NCBI GenBank assembly: GCA_002269645.1
Contig: NIVC01002282.1
Coordinates: 1-64,000, forward strand
Source of the DNA: Macrostomum lignano
Lineage: Eukaryota
Length of the DNA stretch: 64,000 bases
Reading direction: 5' to 3'
Under the pieces are notes generated by a model. That model was not told where the DNA came from. It was given only the letters and a program-made list of their open reading frames with translations, and ran no database searches. The position numbers and the translations under genes are program-made. Position 1 is the first letter of the stretch. Each line of letters opens with the position of its first letter. Shown piece after piece: positions 1-12,085 of the stretch.

Positions 1-200
1 CACTGAGACAGACACTGAGACAGTCACTGAGACAGACACTGAGACAGTCACTGAGACAGACACTGAGACAATCACTTAGACAGTCACTGAGACAGTCACT
101 GAGACAGACACTGAGACAGACACTGAGACAGTCACTGAGACAGTCACTGAGACAGACACTGAGACAGTCACTGAGACAGACACTGAGACAGACACTGAGA
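1..200. repeat. 12-bp tandem minisatellite (CACTGAGACAGA/CACTGAGACAGT), intronic
   Basis: Unit read directly; lies upstream of the CAG acceptor at 252-254. Confidence 0.95.
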
Positions 201-254
201 CACAACAAGCCAGACGGACAGTCTGCCCCAGAACCACCCGCACCCCAACCGCAG

Positions 255-836
255 GTGCAAACTGCAGACCAGCTGCGGTTCTGCTACGAAGCCGTGGCAG
301 TGGCGGGCCGCCGCATCCTGTCCCAGCCAGTCGCCTCCGTCACCCTAGCGCACGCCGATTCCGGTTCGCTAGAGTTCCGAGTCGACGCAGCCGACGTGGC
401 GACTGGTGCCAACAGCGACGATGCCGTCCGGCTGCTGTCGTCTTCGAGTTCGTCTTCCGATGATTTGCGGCCAGCGCAGGCGGCTGCTGCTGCCGCCGCT
501 GCAGCTGCTGCTGGCCGCACTGAGCAGGACATCCTTGACAGCTTGTCGTCCACGAGTCGGAGTCAGACCGGATCATCACCGACGATGAGCTGGCCAAGAT
601 GCTGGCTGATGAAGAAGCTGAAGAGAAAGCGGAGCCTGGTAAAACTGAAGCTGGCAGTGTCGGGCAGAAGTTGGCAGCTGATGATGGAGCTGGCGGTGTC
701 GGTCGGACTGCCTTCGCAGTGGCTGTCGCGTGGCAGCTGTAGCTGGCCTGACATTCTGGCTGCTGAGATGGTGATGAGGGAGCCGCCTGCTTTGCGCCTT
801 GGTGCTTATTGTTATGCATGCTTGTACTTACAGTAG
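255..836 (+). CDS. PTPN1: Terminal coding exon of a PTP1B/TC-PTP-like non-receptor tyrosine phosphatase (C-terminal frame uncertain)
   Basis: Acceptor ccgcag|GTG; VQTADQLRFCYEAV resembles the PTP1B Q-loop end IQTADQLRFSYLAV. A probable frameshift lies near 540. Confidence 0.7.
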   Translation: MQTADQLRFCYEAVAVAGRRILSQPVASVTLAHADSGSLEFRVDAADVATGANSDDAVRLLSSSSSSSDDLRPAQAAAAAAAAAAAGRTEQDILDSLSSTSRSQTGSSPTMSWPRCWLMKKLKRKRSLVKLKLAVSGRSWQLMMELAVSVGLPSQWLSRGSCSWPDILAAEMVMREPPALRLGAYCYACLYLQ

Positions 837-1484
837 TTACTCGATGAGTTGTTCGCACCCGTGAGGGCCGACCCCGGAGGCACAGAGAGTGTACATGCCT
901 GACGATTGGAAAGTCAGAGGGCCGTGCTGTACACCCTGTGGGAGCGAGTGTATGAGAGCGTGCCTGAGTTAAAAATATCTTCATGCTTTGTAACAATCAG
1001 TTTTTTATTAGCTAGTTCTGTTTGTGTAATTGTATATGTTTTTGTAACAATAGGCCATTACATTAATCATTTTATTGCGCATCTCAACTGGCACTCTCGT
1101 AAATGTCATTTTGCCCTAAATAATTCTTTTTTTGCACTGTCATTCGTTGGTTAAATTTTCACTTTTTTCACAATTTTACTTATATAAATTTTATGTTCGT
1201 TGCTTTTAATCTTTGTTTATCTAGGGCTTATTGATAAATTTCGAATTAACAATTTTCGAGTTTTATAGTTTGTGTCAAACTTTTCAGTAGTTTGTGTTGA
1301 TACTACTGAGCTTTTCGCTGATTTTAGTAGTACATGTAGTTCGTCTGTCTTTGAACAGGAATTTTATATTTTGTTCGTTTTTTGATTCGTTTTCAACTAT
1401 CTGTAGGAATGTGTTAAATTGTTGATTTGGTTTGCAAAATGACGCTCTCGAATAATTTTTTAAGTTTTTAGTGTTTTAAAAAAA

Positions 1485-1589
1485 ATTTAAATTCGTGCCA
1501 AAACCCGGAATATCCTAACTCTAATTAAGATCGTGAATTCATTTAATTCTTAAAGAATACCGGTAGTTTCATTTGGCGCGAATTTAAAT
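1485..1589. mobile_element. About 105-bp MITE-like element, copy 1
   Basis: ATTTAAATTCGTGCCAAA (1485-1502) and TTTGGCGCGAATTTAAAT (1572-1589) form a 17/18 inverted repeat. Confidence 0.5.
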
Positions 1590-1857
1590 CGTTATTGTTG
1601 GTCTAATATCCGGGCACCGCGTATTAGATTAGAGCAAAGGGCTGTTTGCACCCTGGCACACTTTAGGCGACATTGTCGCACATTGCTGCTCATTCCGCCG
1701 ACTCCCCTGAGCAGGCATACAAGCCCGCGGATTCGTGTGCAGTCATACGCACAAGCAAGCCCAGATTCTAGTTTAGCCCCGAATTAATGTGGCTGCACTT
1801 GGAATCGAGCCTAGGCCGCTGCTGGCCGTTTAATTTTCTATTTCAGACAATTTTTTA

Positions 1858-1957
1858 ATTCAAATTCGTGCCAAAATCCGGAATTTTTCCAGCTACAAAT
1901 AGTAATCATTCATTAGTAAAATTCTTAGAAAACATTTGCTTTGGCGCGAATTTAAAT
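1858..1957. mobile_element. About 100-bp MITE-like element, copy 2
   Basis: Same terminal inverted repeats as 1485-1589 with a similar but diverged interior. Confidence 0.5.
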
Positions 1958-3681
1958 CATTATTTTGTTTCTCTAACACCAGGGCTCTGTGTCCTTTGAT
2001 TTTATAGCCGCGTAACGTGTTCTGTATTTTTTTGTAAATATCAATCGTCTAGTTCCTTTTGTACTTTTTTACCTTCTCCAGCCCTTGCATGTCTGCTAGC
2101 ACTTTCCTGTTTTCATTCCTTTTCGAAATCGATTGTTTATCTGGCTATTTGAAAATTGTTTTTTTAAATACTTTCTTACCCTAATTTTGTGTTTATTTAC
2201 TCTGCTGGCATACTCTGTCCATACTGTTCACCTTTGCCAATCTGTGCTGTTTAAAAAACTCGAAGTGCCTAAATTTGCGGAATAAATTATAAATGTCAGT
2301 TGACAGGCGTAGAATAGTGACATTTATACTTTTATTTGTTGATATTCGTATCAAATGTTTTCACAGTTAGTTATTGCATAGCATTCGACATTGTGCTCTG
2401 TCTGCGCAAAACAGATCAACTTTTTGCAACATATTTTAACCGGTCATGTCTTCGCAATTTCGCATGCGGCGGACGTGACTTTCATTTTGGTTAGAATTTT
2501 TTAGTCTACATTGCTGGCCCTATAGGACGATATTGTATACAATAAAATACAATACAATACCTATTTTTACTGATTAAATAAATAATTTTTATGATGCTGA
2601 GTAGCAAGTGCAAATCAGTATCTTTTGTTATTGTTTTTTTGATAAAATTGCACTAATCGCGCACAATACATATATATCTTTATTTGACTTGGTGTTTTTA
2701 CACAGTTTTCCTAAAGTTGAAACTGATAACCATCATAACCAAGCATACAAGCATAAACAAGCATAACCATCGAATGTGCTAAAAAGTTCTACAAAAAATT
2801 CTACATGTATGTATTAGAAAGTGTACATGTACGAGGACATGTATTCAGACAGGGTCACGACCATAGAATTTATGATAGAGGAACGAACCATGATTCAAGA
2901 AAAATTAAGCTTAGGTATAGCAAGACCAAATATATTAGGCGCCGTACACTCATTTTGGCGCCTCAAAGCAAAGTTTTTGACTAATTCAATTCAGCCAAAA
3001 AAGCTTCATTTTTGTCATTCAAAGCTCTCGAAAACAAATTGCAAGCCCGTCGCAAGGTATAAAACAAAGCGTTTATTAATTTTTTAATATTTATTACTTT
3101 TTCGGGAAGAGAAAAAGACAGTTCTATACGGTCTGTGTATTGCTTACTTGTGATTGTGGTAAATAGGTATAACAAAATTTCTAACTCTATTTTCTATGTG
3201 TAAATTTAGCGAGTAAAAAAGGCATCCTATAGCTTTTATCATGCAAAAAGTTTTGTAAATATTAATTGTATATTACAGTTTCTAGTTAAAAATACGTAGC
3301 AAAAATATTATTTCGTAGAAACCACCTGCAAATCACATTTTGATCACAAGTTTTCCTGTTTCTGGGGGTTAACGTGAACCTGAAAATTTGAATATTTTTT
3401 TCAGGTAAACTGTGAAAGAAAGTAGCTTGAGGTCCATAACTTTTATAAATCCTTTGATTGTTGACCTTGATAAATTAACTATGATCATTATGATGGATAG
3501 AAATCATGGCACATAGCCCTATCATAAGCTAAAAATAGTATAGACCTGGACAACTTTTTTGGTATTGCCCTTGTGAGACTGAGACATTTTATTAATAGGT
3601 TACCAACAAAACAAACAACATACTACAACTAGGAAAGAGTTTTGCATTTCTCATTTAATAGCTGCTGGATTAACAAACCTT

Positions 3682-3735
3682 ATGAAAATGTCTGAGAAAA
3701 GTCGAATTGAAAAAATTGCATCTGCAAAAAAGAGA
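3682..3735 (+). CDS. GOLGA2: GM130/golgin A2 exon 1
   Basis: MKMSEKSRIEKIASAKKR|gtaagt resembles the GM130 N-terminus (MSEETRQSKLAAAKKKL); phase 0 joins LQKFRDQK at 13412. Confidence 0.8.
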
Positions 3736-4075
3736 GTAAGTATATAGCTTTTTCTCATGAATAAATGACTAATGAATTTCATTATTTATATATTGAATTG
3801 ATAATGTTTATTTTCAAATTGCTAGTAGGCCTATTTTTTACATGAAATGGTCATTCATTATTTATTATTATTAAATCTATATAGTTAGGGCCTATATGTG
3901 TCTTTTGTGGCTAAAATTTATGCTTTTGGTTTTAAGCACTTTAGTTAGACTTAGTAGCACAATTTGTTTTTTAATAGTGACCACACTAAATATGATGTCC
4001 TTTGCCTAGAAAATTCTAGCATACAAAAGCTATTTCAGTACAATATATCAGTACATAGCAAGCAGTGCAGTTTGC

Positions 4076-4761
4076 CCATACTCAGGAAGGTGGCCTGCAT
4101 GCGGGAATTTTCCCGCGTGCACAAGCCACGCTAAAATTTTGGTGTGCAAAGTTGGTGTGCAAATAGGGGTCTCAAGCCACGCCTAAATTTTCAGCGTACA
4201 AGTTTTTTACTTGGCGTATAACCTTGGTGTGCAATTACAAACTGACAGTATATCAACAAGTCAGATATAGATGTATATACTATATATATACAATATATAA
4301 AGTTAAACGTGAACAATTGAATTTGAATATTGATTAAACCAACTAGTTGAGGCTACAGCCTAGCCTACAGCCAGGCCTACACTCTACAGCCTACATTAAA
4401 ATTAAAATATCCAATAACTTTTAAACGCTCTTATTTTGTGACTCTTGTAGACTTTTAGTTTATTTGTTTCTTGAAATGTGTAGAAAAAGTTTTTGATACT
4501 CACTATGTTCTTTGTAGCGAATTTCCTTTTTTTATATAAACTTTGCTTAACATAAGTAGAAAATTTATTTAAAAATAGTATCTAATACGGTTAATATTCA
4601 AATCACACGTACACGAGGCACGTGATTTTTGGTATTAAGATTTTTGGCGTGCAACAGAAACGTCATGTTAAGGGTTTTAAAAAATTGGCATACATTGGCG
4701 TGCACCAAGGATTTTTCCATAAATTGATTCCCGCGTGCACTTGCCACCTTCCTGACTATGG
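4076..4761. mobile_element. 686-bp non-autonomous DNA transposon (hAT/P-like)
   Basis: TIRs CCATA(C/G)TCAGGAAGGTGGC match 18/19 and extend to about 33 bp; perfect 8-bp TSD CAGTTTGC at 4068-4075 and 4762-4769; internal GCGTGCA/GTGTGCAA subterminal repeats. Confidence 0.85.
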
Positions 4762-7700
4762 CAGTTTGCAATGCAGTAGTACAATATAAAGTAGGCTATG
4801 TGATGTTTATAATATAGAGCGCACTTATCAAATAACAAAATGTATATTGAAATTAAAAATCTTTTATCAAACTAATTTCAAAGATAAAATTTAAGTAGGG
4901 GCCCTATTTTAAAACTTTTACTACTTGAATACAACCATTTTTTTAATTTTAAATCATTTATTGTCTATGTTATTTTAATTCTTTAAATACTTTAATAAGG
5001 AAAATAGTTTAAAAAAGTGATATTACAAAAAGTACATTTGATTTGGTGCATATTAAAATTGACTGAAACTTGGCACATGGTAAATCTCTTTATTAATGTA
5101 TGGGACACATCTTTTTTATCTAAAAAATGTTCTAGCACACATTTGACATGATGTTGACTATGGTCATAGAATAGTGATAGTGAGATGTAGGTGGAATAAG
5201 TTTTCTTGGAAATTGGCAGGTTTCTTGATACCAATGAGGTTGGGCAGATTCTGCGTTTGAATTCCTGCTAGCATTATGTTTGCATAAATACATCCAGAAA
5301 TCGTGCAGACAAATCATGACGGAATTCCTTCTCCTGTTTTACTCCAACTGCCAGGGTCCTCAAGTTCTAGGGGGAGGGTAGTCGTAATCGTAGCTGAGTG
5401 GTTGTGTAACGACAGGGTTGTTCAAATGGTAGACACTATAGATTCTGACACTAAATTAATGTGTTGATCAGTTGAGCTAATTACTTTTAAAAGGGTTAAG
5501 CTGCCACCACCATAATTTACATATTATAGAACAATTAAGTATCAGAGCTTTCTTTGAGTTAAGAACTTTGATTTTTTTATGCCCTATAGGCAAATGACTC
5601 AATATAGGCTATGGCTTATGGATCAACAAATAAATATGGTGGAAATTAGTGATTTATTCAATATTATTTATTAAATACTATTAATTAGGAAGCAGGCAGT
5701 AAATTGGTATTGATATTTAGTGCTGCTCGAGTGAATTGGGGTGCCAGGGCACTATTAACAATTGAATAAACTAGATGAAGCTGGATAAAGCTGAGAAAGA
5801 AGGAAAAAAACAAAAGAAAAAAATGTTTATGCAGAAAATAAAGGAACATGGCATATATAATGAAGATAATAATGGGTCATCCTTTGGTTCAAGTGTTGGG
5901 CATGGCAGTGGATACAAATTTTCGTGGGTTAGACACAGCGCTAGATGGCCTCAAATGCATGCAAAAATAGAAAAATAACAAATTTTGTCCAGCAACTGAC
6001 AGGCGTAGATTCACGGAGTGGAAACAAAAATTTCACTGCAGGGATAGTCATTGGTGGAATAGGGAAATTATGACACCTTCCAACAGTGGAAAAAAATTAA
6101 TGTGCAAATTTGAATCGGATAGTTATAAATGAATAATAATAGATGGCATAAACAGAGGTGGCATCTGACTGCCACATGTACAAGGCAGCCCTGGATGACA
6201 GAAAAGTTTAGCAGCAACTGCTGCTGCTGTTTTGTCTATAGCCAGCTGATCTTTAACCTCCGCGGTTGGCCGGGCAAGTTCCTTGCTCTGCGCCATCGGC
6301 CAAGGCGGGCTGGGGCTGCCAGGGCTACATAGTGGCCAATGCCAAAGCTGGCTGCCAGAGGCTGGTCTTGGATTTGCTCTAGATGCTCTAGAAACTTCTC
6401 GACAGCTGCATCCCAAAATTCCCTTAGTTGTGGGAACTAGCCGTCTTGCAGATGACTGGCCTCTAGATAGGCTAGTGCAAGGAACAGTGCTAAGGCTTGT
6501 TGGGACTGTCCCTTTTGTTGGAGGTGTTCCTCAGCTCAGCTCAGCTGCTCATCTAATAAGTCGCGGGTGGAGGCCAGTGGCATCAGGCCATAGAGTTGCC
6601 ACCATGGTGTATCAATTTGTATGCCCTTTTCCATGGCTTGTGTGTAGGCCTGGAATTAGGGTGTATTAAAAGAGAGTAATAAACAGATTATATTACTCCC
6701 TATTATATATATTAGGGAGTAATAAAACAGATAAATAACCACAGAAAGGGTTCAAGTTAGAATGAATTGGGAGTGCCTTTAATGGCTCACATCAAGTAGG
6801 GGTGGTTAGAAAAAGCTGAATAGCACATAAACAGTTGTCAAAATAAGAAAAGCAAGGAAGCAATTGTGGGCTCCTTACTAATGATAATATGTGAATAAAA
6901 TTAGGTTAGCTAACAATATAGCATGTTGGGGGCTCCATAAGGAGTTACAATGAAACAGGGGCAACAACTGGTGCTAGGACAGAGGAGCCAAGTTGGCGGC
7001 CCTCACAGAGTTTCCAGGCTTGAGCAAAATCAAACAAAGAGCAGGGGGTTGAGTCACCTCAAATGCCCTCCACTGGGGACAAAGCCTGAAACTGGGGCAG
7101 CTTGACTAAGCAGGGCAGAAGACAATTTGGCCCTTAGACAGTGGGCTTGCAAACTGGAAAGAAATACTCGTACCTTCAGTTTTAATCAAACTGCAAAGTT
7201 TACAAAATTCACTGCTTTTCTCCCAAAAGCATAAGGCAAGAAAAAAGGGGGTACTTTTGCACTTTAATTGTGTGCAAAGAAGCTTACAAGAAAACGGGGA
7301 TTCACAAAATCAGATGAATGCAATTATGCAATGATTATATTGTATTGCATTGATTAAATATTGATGCATTGTTTAAATATAATTGCATAGTGCTAGCTTT
7401 TGCCAGAAAGCATAGGGATAAATGTTGAGCACAAGGGTGCGGATTAACAAATTGCGTTGGATAATAGCAAAATCACACTATATATGAGCACTAAAAACTA
7501 TTCGAAATATACATTGCTTTTAGCCGGAAAACAAGGAAAACAGCCAAACTAACTGCTTTTATCCCTGAAGCATAAGGTAATTACAATTAAGTGGGCCGTA
7601 TTAAGTGGGCATAAGGACTTATAAGCATAAGTCCTTATGCTCTCAAGCATAAGGAAGTACAATTAAACTGAACAGAAAATGAAAATGCTGCTTTCAGCAC

Positions 7701-8026
7701 AGAATAAGTGCAAAGAAAGCTTACAGCAAATAAAAATCAAAACGTGTTCGCCAACTTGACAACTACTAATAATGCGCATCGTAAATTAGCTATTAGGCAC
7801 AATAACAAATTTGCTAGTAAATGCCAATATTGGGCAGATCCGAGTCGCCTTTGGGCAGCACTTCCGGATGATGGAGGCTCGACTCAAACAGCTAGCTGCC
7901 TCGCAAGTCAGGCTTAGCTGTGGCTGGCTGTTCTAGAGCAGACTGATCGGCGGGGTCGGCTTTGCTTTTATCACTGGACTTGTAGGGCAGCATAGGCCAC
8001 TCAGTTTGGTGCGGTGGCTCTTGCAG

Positions 8027-9150
8027 TCAGTCTGCCATCATCTGTGGCACCTTGATAATGTTGTTACAATGCACTAACATCTCAGCTGGGTGTCCTTTCC
8101 GGGCTGTTGCCAGTTTGATCCAGTAGGCTACTTTGCCAACTTTCCTCACGACCTTGTACATACTTTCGTACAGTTGGTGGAATTTGGGCAGCTCTCCCAA
8201 TTCAAGCTTCGGGTTAGCTAGGCAGACAAGGTCTCTAGGCTGCAGTTCCATGGGCTTGGGTCGGTTCTTGTAATACTCTTTGCAGCACTGGATCTTGGCT
8301 CACAATCTTTGTCGCACAATCCTTTCAATCTCGGCCAGTCTGCGCTGATGCTTTGCAATGTACTCGGGTAGGTCAGGCGATACGTCCAGGCAATCTAGGG
8401 TAATATCGATCGGATATCAATAGGGCACTCCATAGACCACGTAGTGTGGCGAGAAATCCGTCGTACAGTTGACAGCTGATCTTAAGGCTGTCAGAGCGGC
8501 TGGCAGCATCTTGTCCCATTGCTGATGATCTTCTAGGAGACAAGTGAGCACCTTCTTGATGTTCTTATTGCACGATTCAGCTTGCCCATTGGCCCAAGGC
8601 GAGTATGGCGGCATCGTGGTTTATCGAATGCCATAGACTTCGCAGAAATGTCAAAACTCATGCCCTGTAAACTGCTTGCCTTGGTCCGAATGGATCCATG
8701 TGGGGATTCCGGTGATCGGGAAGACTTGCTCTTGCAGGAGAGTTCTTATCATCTTGGCGCGCTGATTCTTCATGGCAAAGGCAAAGGGATATTTCAATGT
8801 AGTATCGATGTAGGTCAGGATGTACTTGTTGCTGCAGTCTGTCGGGTCTCCAGTGGGGCCCAGGATGTCGATAGCGCTTCGCCCATAGATTTCGCAGACC
8901 GGAAACGATTGTACATGCGCTGGGATTCGTCACTGTCCTTTGCTCTAGGTGCAGGTCTGGCAGGAAGCGACATAGTCTGACACTGCTTTTGCCAAGGCAG
9001 GTCGCCAGAACCTTCCGTGCACCTTCGCAATGGTGAGGTCTCGGCCCATGTGTCTGCAGTAGGACAAACCATGCAGGTCGCCAAACACCGTGGCGTTGAG
9101 ACTCTTCGGCAGGACGATCCTCGCTTTCTCCTCCTCGCCAACATCGTCGA
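8027..9150 (-). pseudogene. Ty3/Gypsy integrase relic
   Basis: Manual translation gives the HHCC finger (LHGLSYCRHMG...CQTC), AIDILGP, IHSDQG, PYSPWANGQAES, WDKMLP and a GPY/F-like tail YKVVRKVGKVAY, with in-frame stops. Confidence 0.9.
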
Positions 9151-9699
9151 GATGGATAGACTAATAGTCTAGTGCAATCTGTTGCTGCTGCTACTATTGT
9201 TGTTAAGTGTAGTGAGCCTCTCCTAAAGGGGACACTAGCCAATGGCCCCTAGGAGAAGTGCCACCATATTGGCACAAGTGAGATGACACAATCCAGTGAT
9301 GCCATGAGTAGTGTTGGGTGTCCAAGGCTGGGCAGTTGAAAAGGTGGAATTGGTTGACTTCTTCAACACAGAGATGGCAGTTGCCATTCTCCTTGATGCC
9401 GATATGGTTGTAATAGTGTTGCTGTTGCTGCTATTTTTGCTGCTGGGCATGGTATATTTCATGACTAATCTAACTCCACTTTTTAATGTTCTTGACATTG
9501 GCATTGTTGCTGAGTGAGTCTTGTGTTGCAACGATAGTCTAGCCTATAGCCCAAAAGGTGGCCTTCATGTTAGAAAATTCCAGCATATTTTTTCTCTTAC
9601 TCTATAGTCAAGAAAATGGCCTTTGCCATGAAAAAGTCTAGTGCACAACAAAGGGTCCAAGATGCACTTGACACTCAATTGCAATGCACTCAGGGGATC

Positions 9700-10360
9700 C
9701 ACAATGCTCTTGGTACATAATCACATTGCGCGCAAGGGGTCCCTAATGCACTAGCACATAATCCTAATTCCTAGCAAAGATTTAGATCTCTAATGCATGT
9801 AGTATAATTTTTTGGCAAAGTTTTTGTAAAACATGTCATTATTAGTTAATCTAAATTGCACTATGGCTCTCCTAGTCAATATCTTACTTAGTTAGCAGCA
9901 GGAGCAAAATGACTTCGCAAACATGGGCAATGTCAACTCATGGCTATCTTAATACACTGATAGCATTAGTGGCTGACCACAAAAAACAAAGCACAAAGTT
10001 GGATTCTGTGCTTCAATTTGGTTTAGTTGCCGATTTAATCCAACTGGTAAGGAAATTCCTTTCAGATTGATTTCAGACAACCAGTGTTAGTAAGTTGAAA
10101 GCCTGTTAAGATTATTTCACAAATTGGTATTACCATCGTGCAGTACAGCAAGACATGCGTACATGAAGCAATCTGATCATGTGCTGGGAGGATTGATGAT
10201 TGCTTTTTTCACCTTTAAAGCTGCTGGCAACTCAAATTGGTCAGCTTGACCAAAGTAGAATCTTAGCCACTTCTGTTCATATTCATTTTCTCTATGATGC
10301 CATCACAACCAGCAATTTGGCTACTCCACCAATCATCAATGCAGGAGGTGTCATTAATAA
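9700..10360 (-). pseudogene. Degenerate Polinton/Maverick-type DNA polymerase B N-terminal region
   Basis: FELPAALKVKKAIINPPST*SDCFMYACLAVLH...RLSTY*...INLKGISLPV...IEAQNP fits the recalled LP..L..KKAIINP.N.D..CF...LA.LH...GI.FP...FE.QN pattern. Confidence 0.6.
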
Positions 10361-10649
10361 TTTGCAAACTGGTACTAATCCATCTCTATTGATTAACAAC
10401 TTTTGAACAAACACTGAAGTTATTTCTATTTCTAATAATTTGAAAACTTGCAAACTGGCAAATCATGATGTTTAGATAGTGCAGAATACCAAAATTTTAC
10501 CAAATTCTTTTCTCCTTCCTCCCCTCCCCTTCCTCCCCTCATCTTCCCCTCTGCTCTTCATAGAAACTCAGATTTTATTGCTGCATCTGTCAGATCTAAG
10601 GATCTTGTAGTTGCAGAGATGTGAGACATTGATTGAATCTTAATCTTTG

Positions 10650-10965
10650 GCGGTAATAGAATCTGACAAATCATCAGCAGATTCTGACAAATCGTCAGCA
10701 GATTCTGACAAATCGTCAGCAGAATCTGACAAATCGTCAGCAGAATCTGACAAATCGTCAGCAGATTCTGAGAAATTGTCAGCAGATTCTGAAAAATCGT
10801 CAGCAGATTCTGAGAAATTGTCAGCAGATTCTGACAAATCGTCAGCAGATTCTGACAAATCGTCAGCAGATTCTGACAAATCGTCAGCAGATTCTGAGAA
10901 ATCGTCAGCAGATTCTGAGAAATCGTCAGCAGATTCTGACAAATCGTCAGCAGATTCTGAAAAAT
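10650..10965. repeat. 21-bp tandem repeat (GATTCTGACAAATCGTCAGCA)
   Basis: About 15 units; internal CTGAC...GTCAG inverted pair; reads SESADDL on the - strand. Confidence 0.95.
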
Positions 10966-11159
10966 TCTTAGTTGAATCCAACAAATTTTCCCCAGATTCA
11001 AATTCTGACAAATTATGAGCCAACTGCAATACATCTTTGAAAGAAGAATCTGTCAGGTTAACCCAGTCCATATCACCGACCCCTGTTATTCAATTACTAT
11101 TAATGACGATTATTAAGCTGTAAGATGTAGAGTCAAAGTGCGATAAAAGTTAGATTCAT

Positions 11160-12085
11160 TTGTTGGTGTCAGGCAGTGGCTGCACATTTGTGTCAGGCAG
11201 TGGCTGCTCATTGGTGTCAGGCAGTGGCTGCTCATTTGTGTCAGGCAGTGGCTGCTCATTTGTGTCAGACAGTGGCTGCTCTTGGTGTCAGGCAGTGGCT
11301 GCTCATTGGTGTCAGGCAGTGGCTGCTCATTGGTGTCAGGCAGTGGCTGCTCATTGGTGTCAGGCAGTGGCTGCTCATTGGTGTCAGGCAGTGGCTGCAC
11401 ATTTGTGTCAGGCAGTGGCTGCACATTTGTGTCAGGCAGCAGCTGCTCATTGGTGTCAGGCAGTGGCTGCTCGTTGGTGTCAGGCAGCAGCTGCTCGTTG
11501 GTGTCAGGCAGTGGCTGCTCATTGGTGTCAGGCAGTGGCTGCTCGTTGGTGTCAGGCAGCAGCTGCTCGTTGGTGTCAGGCAGTGGCTGCTCATTGGTGT
11601 CAGGCAGTGGCTGCTCGTTGGTGTCAGGCAGTGGCTGCTCATTGGTGTCAGGCAGTGGCTGCTCGTTGGTGTCAGGCAGCAGCTGCTCGTTGGTGTCAGG
11701 CAGTGGCTGCTCATTGGTGTCAGGCAGTGGCTGCTCATTGGTGTCAGGCAGTGGCTGCTCATTGGTGTCAGGCAGTGGCTGCTCATTGGTGTCAGGCAGT
11801 GGCTGCACATTTGTGTCAGGTAGCAGCTGCTCATTGGTGTCAGGCAGTGGCTGCTCGTTGGTGTCAGGCAGCAGCTGCTCGTTGGTGTCAGGCGGTGGCT
11901 GCTCATTGGTGTCAGGCAGTGGCTGCTCGTTGGTGTCAGGCAGCAGCTGCTCGTTGGTGTCAGGCAGTGGCTGCTCATTGGTGTCAGGCAGTGGCTGCTC
12001 GTTGGTGTCAGGCAGTGGCTGCTCATTGGTGTCAGGCAGTGGCTGCTCGTTGGTGTCAGGCAGCAGCTGCTCGTTGGTGTCAGGC
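11160..12085. repeat. 24-bp tandem repeat (GGTGTCAGGCAGTGGCTGCTCATT)
   Basis: About 38 units; reads LPDTNEQP on the - strand. Confidence 0.95.
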
